From contig MU061579.1 of assembly GCA_013265495.1 (NCBI GenBank), positions 3,283,319-3,347,318 on the forward strand: DNA of 64,000 bases, given 5' to 3'. Below are positions 25,906 to 40,794 of the stretch, one piece after another (position 1 is the first letter of the stretch; each line of letters opens with the position of its first letter). A program made the position numbers and the translations under genes. The stretch is from Vicugna vicugna. Lineage: Eukaryota. A model generated the notes under the pieces. That model was not told where the DNA came from. It did no database searches and worked only from the letters and a program-made list of their open reading frames with translations.

Positions 25906-26579
25906 TACTTATAGCCAGAAATGTTCTTGACTAAGGATATTCAGTATAATCTCAGTAGATCTTAATTTGGAAATAAAACAGGACCTATATAACAGAGGAA
26001 TGATCAAGAGCCTTTTAATAGCCTAGTTATCCCTGCTGAGTTGGATTATAGCACATTTTTATTCTTTTCATTATAATTTTCTGACTTTAAAAACTGTCTA
26101 TATTTGTAATTTAAAATAAAAAGGTGTAAAATTTAACAAAAATATGAACAGATATTAAACACTTAAAGAAATAAGTGAAGGAACCAATCTATAATACTAA
26201 AGAAAGGAGGTAGTTTGATAAAAGTCAAGAATGAATTAATTTCAGATTCTAGTTTTGTCATCTTATACCTAGGATAATTGATAATTTGGGCTGGGATAAA
26301 CTAAGTGTCAAACAAAATTTGATGTAGCTGGTTTATGTAAAAAAAGAAACAAATTAAGGAATCAAGGCTATAACAAAGAGCCTAAACCAGGAAACGTAAC
26401 TATAGATGTAACTTTACCAGCAAACTCCCATTACCTCCCATCTCCTTAACAATCTTATTTTGTTATTATAATTCCAGGGCTGGGACCTTGTGAAATGCTA
26501 CCCACTCATCAGAAATGTGACAGTAGATTTAAGAGAAGTTTCCTGGCTTAGGTAAGCAGCTTGATAAAGTCAGCTACTA

Positions 26580-26643
26580 TTTTGTTTTGTTTTGTTTTGT
26601 TTTGTTTTGTTTTGTTTTGCTTTGTTTTGTTTTGTTTTGTTTT
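26580..26643. repeat. (TTTTG)n microsatellite, about 12 units
   Basis: Read directly, with one C interruption. Confidence 0.95.
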
Positions 26644-27470
26644 ATTATTTTATGACCTCTTTTAAAAATTATATGTGAATTTTTTTCCTAGATAAATTAC
26701 CTTATACTTCTTATACATCCCCAGATTGATGAATATTACACTTTTCTGCTTACATTCAGAGTCAAGAACTCTTCATATCACTTATACTCATAAATTAGGC
26801 ATTTTATTCTCTGAAAGAATTTGGTGTCATTGGTATCTGTCCATTTGTTATCAACTACAAAACTAAAAGGTTTTGTCTTTCTATTATCTTAAGAAAACAG
26901 TTTCATAAGTAATTATCCCACTCCAATATTCAGATCTTTTCTGTTACTTTTCTAAAATTTCAGGCTTGAGAAAATAAAGTCTGAATCTCAAAAGGCAGTA
27001 TCTACTAGTATAATTAATCTCTGCTTAATTATCATATGGTAAAGATTGTTAATTTTTCACTGAGAATAAGAGGAATCTTCTTTGTCCTCAATTCTACTTA
27101 GTCCATACCATATTTTATGTACTGTCACTTTAAAGGCTTACTTCCAGAAAATAATGTCTATATTTGTCAATTTTTTCTCAGTTAGCAGTGACAAATAATA
27201 CAATGCAATTTAAATAACAAAACAGGAATTTGTGTATTTATGCTGTTAGAATGACTTTGGGGACAAATGGGGCTAATGTTTTAAATGGTCATTTCAGAAC
27301 CCTCTATCAGTCTCTGCTTCCCTCTGTATATTGGGTTTTTTTTTCTTGCAGCTCTTTCCTCCTTGCAGTCAAGCAATACAACCATCAGCAGTTTAAGGCA
27401 AATTTTGTTTAATGTTTTGCTGTCAAAGAGGAAGCTAGCATGTCTTTTCCACTGAATTTACTTAAGATGT

Positions 27471-27551
27471 TTCAGGGAAGAATCTCATTGGTTTATTTTG
27501 TGGATAAAGAATTCAGGGAAGAATCTCATTGGTTTATCTTGTGGATAAAGA
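27471..27551. repeat. 41-bp-period tandem duplication, 2 copies
   Basis: ttcagggaagaatctcattggtttat(t/c)ttgtggataaaga at 27471-27510 and 27512-27551, one mismatch. Confidence 0.95.
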
Positions 27552-30500
27552 TAACGGGCCCAGCATATGTTCTAAGCCTACCCTTTGCTGAGGGGTGGCT
27601 CTCACTGCATCTATATTGAGTATAGGGCAACTTCTTAGACCAATAAAGCAAAACAAACAAGAGCAAGAACAAGAGAAATGGAGGAAAAATTCTCTGGATG
27701 GTAAAAAATCATAGGTTAATATGTCATCTAAGTTTATCATTATTTGACAAAAGAAATTAATTAAAAAGAAATTTACCAAATAAACTAAATGATAACTTCC
27801 CTCTCCCACAAAAAAATTTAAGATGAAGTACTCTCAAAGGCAGAGTGTCAAAGTGGAAAGAACTATGTCATGGAAGTTGTGTATACCTAAGTTGAAATCT
27901 TGTCTCAGACATGTTTGATGGATTTGAACAAATTCTAACTCTCAAGAGCTTATTTTGCAACTTCTTACCAGAAAAAAAAAAATCCCTTCAAAGTATTGGG
28001 TATTTTGCTGAAAAGTTTTTGTAATATCAATAAATAGTGGAAAATAGTTAATTAATAAGTCATTGAAATATAATAGTGTCTACAGCTTTGCAGCAAGTAT
28101 TTAAATGACTGTAATATATATAATACTCTAGTTTAATTAAAGTATTGTTATGCATTATGGCAGTTATGCTACAAAGTACTAATCAGTGAATTTTCTCTCG
28201 TTTGTTTGTTTACCATTCTGCTTTCTTTCTAGTACCATAAAGCAGCATAGATGTACCTGAAGTTCAAAAAAGATCCACTAACTTAAGTGTGGGATCGAAA
28301 CTATAAATTCATTTTTTTAAAGCAAGTTTTTGTTCTACTGAAGATGAAAAAAGACATGAGCTGAGGAAAGACAAATGAATCCCATCTTCAGAGGAGGGGA
28401 AGGTCTCCAGGAGGACCAGAGAGCAGGCTGAAGGAGCACTGAAATACTCAGTGCTAAGCTATCTTAGATTCTGCATCCTCTCTCCAGCCAACATCACATT
28501 ATCTTTAACTCTTGTAAAACTGATTAGACAATTTAATGGGGAGAGGGGGGCATGTGGAAAAGCCTACTAATCTGATGGGCACAAAACAAAACTTGTTGAT
28601 GCTTTCCTTTTAACATTTAGCCTATTAAGACACTGTGAGTTTATACACTTGAGATTTTTGTTTTTGTTCTAAACTACACATCCTCACGTTGTCACAGTGT
28701 TAAAACTATGGTAGTAAGCAAACTCTTAATTAATGTTTCTTCAATTGCCACAAATACAACTTGCACTTGAACTTCATCTAATTTTCTGTTCTAAAATTGA
28801 CACAACAAAACGATCATCTTCTATGATTTTTACTATATTCTCTACTCTATAATATAGCTCTGTCTCTTCTGTATAAAGTCAATAAAATAGTGCTTCAGAT
28901 ATTAATGATGTAATATTATAGTTTAATATGTAAAGCACTATAAAATAAATCCTATTGCCACATTTAATTTGTTTAGCAAAACATACCTTCCTTCAGTTAT
29001 TAAGTATTTTATTGACTTTACACTTTTACATTAGTAAATGCTTATTAGAAACAGTGTTAGGAATGTCTGTGGGACTATTGGAGGGGAAAATGGTGGCTTT
29101 TACCTTTAAGAAGTTTATGGTCTAGATTGAGATACAAATATTAAAATGAAGTATTGAGACCAGTACAAATGTATTGAAGTTAATATGGATTACATAAGTT
29201 TAGGGTGTTGGGAGAATTTAGTTATTCCAGTTGAATTTCCAAGATTGTGTAAGTTTTCTATTTGTTTATTTGTTTTAACAAGTAGCAAGGAAGCCTGAGT
29301 TCATAAGGAAAGTACATGGGGAATTTTTTTTTAAGCCTGGTAAGCTTGTGGAGAGTATATCAATGAAAAAAGTCCACTGATGGAACAAGTAAACTCTAAA
29401 TTTCAGAGTATTGCAGCAACCAGTGTTTTGTTTATTTGTTTGCTTTGTTTTTTCCTTAATTATGCTAACTATCTATCCATTCATGCCATTTTCCCAGCAG
29501 GACCAGCCTGAGGGATCACCCATCTCTGTCTAGAATACTGACAGTCTCTTGACAGACAAAAAAGAGATATGCAAACTCTAAGTCAATCCTAAATCTGTCC
29601 AAATGACACATTGGCCAAATTAAGTCATATAGACATTCCTGAGATGAATGGCATACAGTAGAATAATCCTCCTAGAATGAGACTTAATATTTTAAAATAC
29701 AAACTATCACAAAGAGCTCAAACCTTTAGCTCATAACATTAATTTGAGTTCCCAGGTAAAAGTTTTCTAAAATTGTTTACACTTGAAACACTTGTCTTGC
29801 AAACATGGCTTACTACCCTAGAGGAGAAAGGTTGAAGGTATACGTGGACACGTTTATTACCAGCTTCTAACACAATGTCTCAAACCCAGGCTTAATACAT
29901 GGCAACTGAACAAAGCAATGATCACAACCAGAACATTTAATCAGCCCATGGCATAATCCTTCTACATGATATAGAACATTGTCCAGTAACAATTTCCTTA
30001 AATGTCAGTTTCTGTATAAGGCAAAATTCTCTGTAAAGAAATCCAGATCCTATCATCATTCTCACATCAATTTAATGAGACATTCTTAGATTATACAATC
30101 AGAGATGTAATTATTTTATTTGTATTGCTGCTTCCTTGTATATTGCTTGGATTTTCTTTAGACTCAAAGTTCCATCAAGGTAAAGACTGTGAGAGGGTTT
30201 GATACGCGGGACGATGCTTAGTAAGTGTTAGCAGAATGGAGGTATTTTAGAAGCCTTAAACAGGCTTTGAAATCATGTAGGTGACATTAGTTAGTAATCA
30301 TTATATGAGACATTTCCTACGTTTCAGTTGTGTCTGTAACTACATTACTGAGATGAAGAAAATGTGCAAATGGTTCTGGGTCCAGTAGGATAATGCTGTT
30401 ACGGGTTGTAGATTCTCTTCTTACATGATGCCGTTCTTGCAAGAATTTGTTATTTGGCAGAAACAGAAATCACTGTCTTATAGGCTGTTTCTCAAAGAGA

Positions 30501-32442
30501 TTCTCAAAAATTGCTGACTTCCTCTACTACTCCTTCCTTTGGATGGGTCCAACTTTCCATGGTGATGATAAGAGGAGAGTGCGCAATCAAAGCAGCAACC
30601 AGCAACTCTTAAAAGACACAGGAAAATAAACCTTGTCCTAGATCATGGATCCTTCCAAGCGGCAACATTACGGAATAGAATAAAGGATGCACTGTGGATT
30701 TGTAACATTTCCTCAGTGGGGAAAGTCCCAGGTACCATAGCTTGTGTTCTCACTTTCTTTTTAAAACATGCAAGTCATATTCTTCCCTGTCGTGACATCA
30801 TGCTTTGTCTTCAGCTCTGCCTACTCTCTGGTAGAGCTAACTAAACTAAGTAAACAGTTTTTTTAAATTTTCATTTACAGGTAGTTTTCCTCATTACATT
30901 ATTATAACCACATGTGAATTTGAAGTGGCCAGTGTAACAGTGAGTGACATATCCCTGTTGAATCTTATAAAGAGCTTTATTTCTTTCCCAATTCTGCCTT
31001 AGGAACTCTCACTCTAGAGGTTAAAATGTTGTGAACCTTTCCTCTGGACTGCCTGTTTTCTCTCTCTGCTTTCAGGATCTCTCTCACGCTCTCTGGCTCT
31101 CCCTCTGCCCCTCTACTCCCTACAGTCTCTGGCTAATAAGTAATTTCTCCTGAATACACCACCCGAGTTCCTTTTATTCACCTCTGCCATTTGGCTGCCC
31201 TTCCTTCCTTCTGTACCAGAACTATCTTCTGTGTTCATATTTTAACAATACCTCATGTTCAGTCTTTGCTATTATTTTAGTATGTCTTACCCAGCTTTTT
31301 GTTGTTGTTTACCTCCTTTTAAAAAAGAGCCCATTAGTGATATTTTCCTTGTCTGTGCTAAAAGAAGAAGAATAATAACCATTATTTTGAAAACGTTTTA
31401 TCGCCTTTAAGTCAGTGTATGAATCTTACAGTTACAGACCCAAAATGCCTCATCTATTCTACCCCTTAACATGGCCATTTAGGAAAATCCATTATCTAGG
31501 AAAGGATCATTCCCCTGCTGCTTTGTATGAGATTTTTGCTGCAGCTTAGATGATCCTTTCTGTCCTTATATTGAAAATTAGTTGTAAAATATCAATGGCC
31601 CCAATTTCTTCTTCCAATGAATGACTGTTTCTTTCCCAGGTCCAAAAGCATTATCTTTTGATCATATTAAACATCTTTGTCCCACTTCTTTGCCATGTTG
31701 TTTTAAGTGCTGTCATGTTTCACTATCATCTCCAAGTTTACTAATAATTGGTAGGCCATATTTTCTAAATCATTTTCATCATTAAACTACCACCAGACTC
31801 CCTGTGATCTGAAAGGTAAATTGTTACACTTCTACTGCATTTGAAGTCACCAAATAGTATCAAAATAAAATTATGACTAGGTGAAAAGTCTGTCCTATCA
31901 ACAAGAGCAAAAACACTTTGAAACGTTTGCTTGTCTAAATGACGTTTCCCATGATTTTGTAATCTTGTGTAAGCTTCCCTTTACCACATCTCCAATTTAA
32001 ATTCTATTAGGAGGCGCTCTAATTTTCTCTCAAGTGGGAAGTCAGATGTGGAACAAATCCATCCCAAAGGAATTGATTCTATATTCCATTGAAGACCAGG
32101 TAGCTTCCATGTGTCATTTCACCTTGTTCATAATGTTTCTCTTTTAGAGTAAATGGGGGTATCCTCTTTAGAAAACTACTCCATCTCAATTAGAGACATT
32201 GCCTCCAGGGGATAACCCCAGAGGAAATAGAATTACAATCATATATCTTGGATAATTGGGCTCAGATTTTGATGGCCTCTTGTCTCAATTTTACAAAACT
32301 TGCCTGAGATTTTACTGGATCCCAGAACTGTCTAACAATATTCAGTTCCTCACAGTCCCTAATCAGCCAGTATTCAACTCACCTTACCCATGTGACTTCC
32401 TGCAGTATTTTCAAACTCTGCCCCAAATGGGAAATCTCTAAG

Positions 32443-32863
32443 TGTGTTCTGGGGAGACAATTTTCCACTGGTCTCAAGTTTCTGCACTTATTTGTTCTAG
32501 CCTATCTGTTGAAGGATGTTTGTATATTGAACAGACTTGGAAGGCAGAGATGGTATTTTCCTTCAGGTCACAGTGCAAGCACATTTCCTTCTTTTTTGTA
32601 ACACAACCCATTGTGTTTGCAGATATTCCCTGCCTCAATTTTGTATCTTCATGTGGAAATTGGGGCTCAGAGAGCTGACACACATACCCTCACACAAATA
32701 CTGCTGACACTTTGGCTACTGCTATAGCTGTGAATAATAAGCTGTCTTTTATTTCTGAACCAGGACTCTAGTGTCTTCTATCAATACTCATGAAACCATG
32801 GCCGACTCACTTGTTAGCTTGCAAGTAAGGGAAAAAACTCTCAGGCCCTTTACAGTTTTTGAT
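32443..32863 (+). mobile_element. ERVL solo LTR, MER76-like
   Basis: ggggagacaattttcca...aaggatgtttgtata...ggctactgctatagctgtgaataataa...cttgttagcttgcaagtaagg...tctcaggccctttacagtttttga. Confidence 0.88.
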
Positions 32864-35219
32864 ACTGATTGTCTCTTAAACCTTAGTGTAGTATATGTTT
32901 CTTGAAGCAAGAACCACATCTTACTCTCCCTTATATTTTCCACAGTAGTGGAAGCCCAAGACGATGCCTTACATGGAGAAACTACTCTACAAATCATGTA
33001 GGAAATACATATTTCTTTCAAATCTTATCTTACCTAGAGATCACTTAGATCCATTTCGCCTTTTGTTGAATAGTTGAAATATGCTAAGAACAGAATGTTC
33101 TCTCTGAATAACATTTAGAATCATCATTAGTTTAAACTCCCTGACTCATTTGTTTATGAAGTGAGACTCACTGTAAGAACATTAACACTTGCCATAGAAT
33201 TGTTTTGAATTAATCACCAAACTAATGTGTTATAACTTTTGGAAACATAATTTCTCAAGTTGGTTTAGGTTATGGCCATGACATTTTTATTAAATAAAAC
33301 AAAGTAGAAAATAAAGTAAAACTCTTGTGAACTTTTAACCTCTTTTTGTTAATTGCTTTGGTCTTTCCCTATGGCACCAGCAAAACTAGTTAATAGGGAG
33401 ATACAATTTTCTAGTTGCTGGGTTTGCTACCTTTGTTAAAATTTTCAAAACATAAAAATTTGGACATTGCTTGACTATTTACTAAATTACTGATGTACAC
33501 ATATAAACATAAAATAATTAATGAGTGTGACCTTAGTATTTCTCTCATTGGATTCTGCTTTGCTGTGTCATATTTGTGTTATAATGCAATTAATAAAGAC
33601 TCTACATATAATAACATCACACTCACTTCCAACTTATCAGTAGGTCCATCATAGACCATGTATGGCGTCTACTCATTGCTATATTGTGATCAAGAGATAT
33701 CTAACAGAGTCCCATCTGATGCACGTAGATGTTTAAAATACAGTCTCTTGTTTATTTGCTAGGCTCTGATCAGTGTGCCTGAAAGATGGTATCTCCTGCA
33801 TCAGGTATGACTATTACAAAATGTTATTAGTGTCTTATATTATGATGAACCAGGTGGGTTAATTTCCCACTTGTTAATTAAATCATAACAGAGAAAATCC
33901 ATTTGTATTTGTCTTTTACTAGTTTTTTTTAAATTCTTTCTCATGATTGTTTTTGTGTAATATTTATCATATACCTCAACTCCTATATCTGAAAATAGAA
34001 AAGAATAATCCAAATGAGTTTAACACATAATAATTTTAAGAAATATTTTTGAGACCTGTTGTGTTAGCTTGAGAAATATGGGAAGGTATATTTTGTAGTG
34101 TTTTCCACTTTCTACATGCCCTTACTGATTTCATGCTTTCCCTACTCTTCTTATGATGGTTATAACCTTTATTAATAATAACAAGCAATGGAAATTCATA
34201 ATATTACTCTTCTTTAGGGAGTGTATTATTTTAGCAAGAATCCATGATCAGAAATACAAGCCACTGCTCATCTGGTAAGGGACAACATTGATGTCTCTGA
34301 AATCTCAACAAATTGAGTTTGTCTATTGTCTTAATGAATGTTGATATCTCTGAACTGAAGGTGTATAATTCACACTGAAGTTTATTTTGCATTGCAGACA
34401 AGATTTTATTGAAGTCTACTCATTCCAATTTAGTTTAGGTTTCTAGTGTATCTTAACTTATTTACAGAAAATACTTATACTTGAACGTCCCTTTTTCTAT
34501 TATATTTATACTGAAGCCTCAACTAGTCAGAGATGTCAGATCTGAAAAGCACTACCATTCTGTAATTTCTGTTTCCTAGGATGAATGGACATCCAATTTG
34601 AGTAAAATTATCCAACAGTATTCAAATTCCAGCATGAATTTAAAACATAGTTATTACTTCTTAAAAATCAAGTATTAAAATATACAAACAACAACATCTC
34701 TGTCAAGTTGCAAATGAAATAAACTTACACAAACCGTTCTTAAAACTTTCTAACCTAAGGAATCTGATATCATGGCCTCAGGGTAGTAGATTCAATGTCT
34801 ATAATATGTTTCCTACGAGAGAGTAAGGTGGACTCTGAGTCACTGTTTGCCTAAGGCTGACCTAACAGTGCTTCTGGTATTTTTTTGTTTGCTTGTTTTT
34901 TTGAAAATACATCACTTGGTCTTACTCAGGAAGTTCAGAGTTTGGAAATCTGTGTAAATTAAGAATGATCTTTTTATACGTTTGTCTTTTACTACATCAA
35001 GTTAACATTATTGAACAGAATGTCACTAAATTAAAGACTATGTTAGGAATTGCATAAAGTAATGCTACTCAAAGTAGTTGCACTTTGAACCATGGGTCTT
35101 CAGTCCAGGAGGAGATATGGAACTTGAGAGAAAAAAATAAATCATTGCTTCCTGTTTTAAGAAAGTTTCAGTAGGAAAAAAAAAGTCAGCTAAATTAAAT
35201 ACTGTGTTTATGAGAATGA

Positions 35220-35426
35220 AGATATTAACTACTATGTATAAAACAGATAAACAGCAAGGACTTAATGTATAGCACAGGAAATTATATTAAATACCTTGTA
35301 ATAGCCTATAATAAAAAAGAATATGACAAGGAATATATATATATATATATAACCATATCACTATGCTGTGTACCAGAAATTAACACAATATTGTAAACTG
35401 ATTGTACTTCAATAAAAATAATAAAA
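35220..35426 (+). mobile_element. 5'-truncated young L1 3' end
   Basis: aactactatgtataaaacagataaac...tgtatagcacagg...aacacaatattgtaaactga...cttcaataaaaa, followed by an A tail. Confidence 0.9.
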
Positions 35427-36866
35427 AGAGATAATGTGTTTAATGACAAAGTGATTTACATTTTTCTACAAGCTCCTTATCACCTGTGAATCATAACAAA
35501 TATTTCATGAGTCACCATTAATCCTTCTCACCTTGTTACACTACTGTAAAGGACAGTCAGAGATTGGCAGTTAAACCTCTAAAAGTGCTACAGTTGAGAT
35601 GAAATACCATGTATTTCCAATTAGGATGGACATATGCAATTTATTATAATGCAATGAAAAAGAAAAAAACAATCATTTCGAATGTAAGGCCCAATTTTAA
35701 AACCTGCATCTCATTCGGTCCAAATTACAGAACTTGACTAGTGACTGAGCACTTCCTACATGGGCAACTGTATGCAATGCACCCAGGGTAACTTGGACAG
35801 AGATTATTGTTTCCTTTTACCGATGCTTGATTATTCTTCCTAGCAATGTAGAGAAGACTCTCTAATTTTAAATCAACTCTCAATAATTCACTGTTACAAA
35901 TTTAAGATTGATTAATTTTCATGGTTTTATAGATTTATTTATATTTAGATTGTTTTACAATGTTCACAATACACATTAGATATAAAGTCTGTGTATACAT
36001 TATACTGAAAATTAAAATTAAAATGACATTGTAGATGATTACTAGAAGTAGCATTTCCCAACTTCCTTCACTATGTAAGTTGTGTTGAGTTATTTATAAA
36101 ATCCCCACTGAATCATAAATCTATTCTTTGTTGGAATGGTTGGTAATGTTCTTATTTCAAAACATGCATTTTGTCTATAAGAGTACTCGAATATTTTTGC
36201 TAAGTGGCTGATTGGCCTTGAACTAAAGAAGCTCAGAACATTGCACATCAAAATAATACGGTGTGATGAACCACTATGGCAAGTTATACATATATTAACC
36301 ACAGAGGATTTGCAAACCAATCTCAGAGTCAAATTCGTTTTTCTAAGTGATGTTTTGGACCACTTAGTACTATCATTCTACTGAAAACTCAGTGAAATCA
36401 TTCAGATTTAGAGTTCAATTCATGTTCAAAATCATTATACATACTTTGTGAAACTTTTGACATTTGTTTAGTGAATAACTATTTTATTCTGAAAACATAT
36501 TTATTTTCAATTCTGAAAAATATTTGTTTTTTCCTCTTATAATAGTCATCAATGTGAACTAACAGTAGAATTTGAAACAAAGAGGTAAATTAAAATAAAG
36601 GTAGGAGAATATTTTCCTTGTCTTAGTTCTCCTTGACTAGAAATACATTAGAGCATATTATCAGTTTTAACTTATCATGCACTTTTTTGGACCATTTTTA
36701 CAGACCAGTCTGTTTTATTCCTTTCAAAAGATAGAGGTGTACTTCTTTAATTCACACAAATTCCATTCCATTTGATAAAACCTGAAATAAATTTCAATAA
36801 ATCAAAAATTTTTTAAATTACATCTGTTTAAATACTATATGGCAAAGTAAAACTGTCAAAAATAAA

Positions 36867-36868
<2 letters not shown>

Positions 36869-36908
<40 letters not shown>
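36869..36908. repeat. (AC)20 microsatellite
   Basis: Read directly from the sequence. Confidence 0.97.
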
Positions 36909-36910
<2 letters not shown>

Positions 36911-37199
36911 CCCCACGTGCTGGCAAAGTGCAAGAACAGCTACAACAATAGATCAGAATAACTCCACAGTTAAGTGCTACTGAAACCTCATTTAACAACA
37001 AACAGATAGACGTTAAAGCAGCCCGATTTTCCAGAATTCATGAAAAAGCCACATGGAATTTATTTAAAGATAAAGACTTGGACAGATACTCCTCAAAGTT
37101 AGAAAATTCAGAATTTAAGGATTAGATAAATATTTGCAGTGTTTATTATACTCTATCTTTTCTTCAAAATATGTCTGTCTTCTCTAATAATTTGAGTTC

Positions 37200-37930
37200 T
37201 CCCCCAATTTTTTTTTAATGTGTGTCACTGTGTGCCAAATGTTCCGAGACCTGACATTCTTCAGTGGATTGCCATTGTGCTCAATCAGTAGTTTGGCTTG
37301 ATGTAAAATAGCTAGTTTCAAAAATCCTTTCCATCTATACATAAAAAAAGCATACATGCATACGCAGCAATCCCTTTCTGTACACTGTTACTACTGAGAA
37401 TTTTGTTGTCACTGTGATTCTTGTACATTTCAGGTGACTGTTCTTTCTCTTGGGCATCATTTATGCTCCTCTCTTTGTCTCTGATAAATGACTGTATTTC
37501 CTTCTCTCTCATGTTTGGCATCCTTTCAATCAAATATCTATCATCTTTAATCCTTCAAAAATATGTCTAATTGCTTATTCAAATATTTCCTCCTTTAATT
37601 TTTCTCCCTTTTTCTGTTTCATTTTGGCAGAAGTCATTTATTTGTTTTTCAATGCATTTATTTATTTCACATCTATATTCCTGACTATCCACTCTTTATC
37701 TCATTCTTTATTTCAACAATTTTACCTTAATTAATGTTGATAGCATTTCTTTTTTCATTATATATATCATTATTTTATCACATTAATTTTAAATTATTTT
37801 TCTGCCTGTTCTAATAATAACACTTCAATTTGTACATAGAGCTCACTATATTGTCATTTTCAGAAGAAACGTCATTATATTTTTTGTGTGCATTGCTCTT
37901 TTAACCAGGGAGTTCATTTTTTTCTTAGGA
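37200..37930 (-). mobile_element. Degenerate old L1 ORF1-region fragment
   Basis: T-rich stretch with ctcttgggcatcattt...tctatattcctgactatccactc...ctgcctgttctaata. Weak. Confidence 0.45.
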
Positions 37931-38499
37931 TCAGCAAGCTATTGTAAAATCAAGGTATGCTAGGATATCCTAAACAAACAAACAAACGAAAAACATGAAA
38001 TCTTGGCAGCTTAATTACAGAGAAGTTTCGTTCCTCAATCAGTCAAGAATCATCATATACTTAGCAGCTTCCTTCTAGCTTGTAGTTACAGTACGTGAAA
38101 AACTTGACTTCTGATGTTACTATGATATGGTATATTTGTTAGAGTTCTCCAGAGAGATGGAAGAGAGAAGTGGAGGATATTCTTTAGAGCCAAGTCTAGA
38201 AGTGGCTATCAAAGTATCTATCCAAATTCAACTCAACCTCATTCACTTGCTGAACCATTAAGAATTCTGTGTATATTTCTGTGCACACACGTCTCTCTGC
38301 TATGACTACTCTACCTGGCAATGTGCATCCATGAAAGATTGACGGCCAGTCACCACTCCATGGAAGAACTGGAGAACTTAATGAGAAATGTACCAATGAG
38401 GCAAAGTTCAGAATCATAAGTACCTCAAAACTTATATAGATTACCTCCAGTTGATGTTAACTCTACAAGGCAGATCCTATGGTCAAGATTTCAATTTTA

Positions 38500-39215
38500 T
38501 CTACAATGAGGTATCACCTCACACCAGTCAGAATGTCCATCATGAAAAAGTCCACAAACACACTTAACATATGATCCAGCAATCCCACTCCTGGGCATAT
38601 ATCCAGAGGAAACTCTAATTCAAAAAGATTCATGAACCCCAATGTTCACAGAAGCACTATTTACAATAGCCAAGACATGGAAGCAACCTAAAAGTCCATT
38701 GACAGATGAAGGATTAAGAAGCTGTGGTACATTTATACAATGGAATACTACTCAGCCATAAAAATAGAATAATGCCATTTGTAGCAACATGGATGGACCT
38801 GAAGATCATCATTCTAAAGCAAAATAAGCCAGAAAGAGAAATAAAAATACCATGTGATATCACTCTAAAAAAAAAGGATGCAAATGAACTTATTTACCAA
38901 ACAGAAACAGAATCACAGACATAGAAAATAAACTTAACAGTTACCAAAGGGAAGGGATAAATTGGGAGGTCAAGATTTGCAGATACTAACTACTATATAT
39001 GAAATAGATATATAAATTTCTTCTGTATAGCACAGGTAGCTATATTCAATATCTCGTAATACCCTATAATGGAAAAGAATACGAAAATGAATATATGTAT
39101 GTATATGTATGACTAGAAACATTATGCTGTACAACAGAAATTGGCACATTGTAAATTAGCTATAATTCAATAAAACATTTTTTAAATAAAAAATTAAAAA
39201 AGATAAATAACCCCC
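38500..39215 (+). mobile_element. 5'-truncated L1 (ORF2 end and 3' UTR) with internal deletion
   Basis: tacaatgaggtatcacctcacaccagtcagaatg...atatgatccagcaatcccactcctgggcatatatcca...aataaa and tail. Degenerate 16-bp TSD caagatttcaatttta (38484-38499) / caaaatttccatttta (39216-39231). Confidence 0.92.
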
Positions 39216-40794
39216 CAAAATTTCCATTTTAAACCCTTGTAAAGAAGAATTACTGGAAGGAAACAGTTTTCATACTTTATCATTCATTAGCCTTAGGTGT
39301 TTGGAGGGAAAAGTGTGAATGAATAATACTTTAGGGAGCTGGTCTCTCCAAATTTTTTTATCTAGTCCTTATCCCTTCAAGGATTTTATACAGTCCTGAT
39401 ATCCTCTTATGATTTGGATTGATTCCTGCCATGAGGGGTCAGTAAAAAACTGTCCCAAAGGCAGAAATAGGACCTAAAAAATATCAGTGGAAGACAGCTT
39501 TGAGTCCTCTCAGGGATTTATCAGTGTTTACTTTTTGTTAGTATCTGAAACATATTTTTCTTTTCTCATTTGTAAAATTTCTCCAGAATTGACTTTGGAG
39601 GAAGGATGCAAAAGCACAAGTTAGTTCAACATTTTAGCAAAAACTTTAATTTTTAAAACTCTGCTTTTTTACCATTTATCAATTTCTACTAGCTGACATA
39701 TCCCAACACAAATAATATAACCATGGGCTCTTTATCAAAATCTACAAATTTTAAATACATATGTCACTTTTTTCCTTATTTTTCAACAAATTTTGTATTA
39801 TGTGAATTGATCAGATATCTAGTTTATAAAATTACACTGGAGTTTTTAATAATACATATTGGCAAATATTTTTATTTAAATGCAGTTTTGAAAGAAATAT
39901 ACTTCTTTAAATACCACTTTTTTTCTGTTTTTTAAAAATTTTATTGGCAACTGATAAAATGTTTATCTAGATTATGAATGTTAGATTGAAAAATGATTAA
40001 TAGATGTAGGTTCAAATTATTATGTTCTATTAAAAATGATTTAGTCCTTGATGAACATCTGTTTGATAATATGTTATACCCAGATATAGTAAATTAATGA
40101 CATATATAAAATTACAGGGAAATGACACCTTCAGATCCATTATGAACAGATCTTTTAAAATGCTATTTGTCACAACCTATCATCCTATCATTATATAGCA
40201 TTATGTAGCATTTAAAAGATGTTTACTTTTCATTTTGAAGTTCTTTAGAAATCTAAAATACAAATTTCTATGATTTCTGGTTGCATATTCCTTTATTGCC
40301 AATATGAACAAATCTGTATGGTTTGACTAAAGCAGATATTACATTCTGCCTATTTGGAAAAAAAAATGAATGTTTATTCTCATCTTCTCACCCTTAGCAG
40401 GTGGTTTAATTTTAGTGCACTTCAGAATTATAATTTCATATGTATTAAAAACATTTATTATGATAACTGATGCAACTCTATATAGATGAATAAAACTTTT
40501 ACTTCATTAAATTATTTACCAAAAAAGGCTGTTTTTCACAAAATTTCTTTCCTTTGAGTAATCACTTTAGAGTCTTCAGAGAGGATCTAAAAGTATGGGA
40601 ATATGTGGGTTTTGAGTAGTTATGAATTGGTGAATTATACAATTGTTTCTTTAAGGCTCATGTATATTCCCCTTTATATGCTATAGAATATTTTGAAAGT
40701 AAATAGGCTATGTTATATGTAATTTGTTTTGGGGGAAAATTTTTATCATATGTTTTATAAAAGTTTGCAGTCTTTCAGCATTAGGTTATTTGAT

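Noticed and set aside
30881..30939. 59-nt exon-like segment (tcatttacag...ACA|gtgagt; SFPHYIIITTCEFEVASVT)
   Set aside because: Good splice motifs, but its only open frame (phase 1 to 0) fits neither main candidate exon directly. No other support.
38724..38924. ORFs with L1-like peptides (also 49597-49878, 61367-61657, 61903-62133, 62405-62705)
   Set aside because: Fragments of truncated, mutated L1 copies with no intact ORF1 or ORF2.
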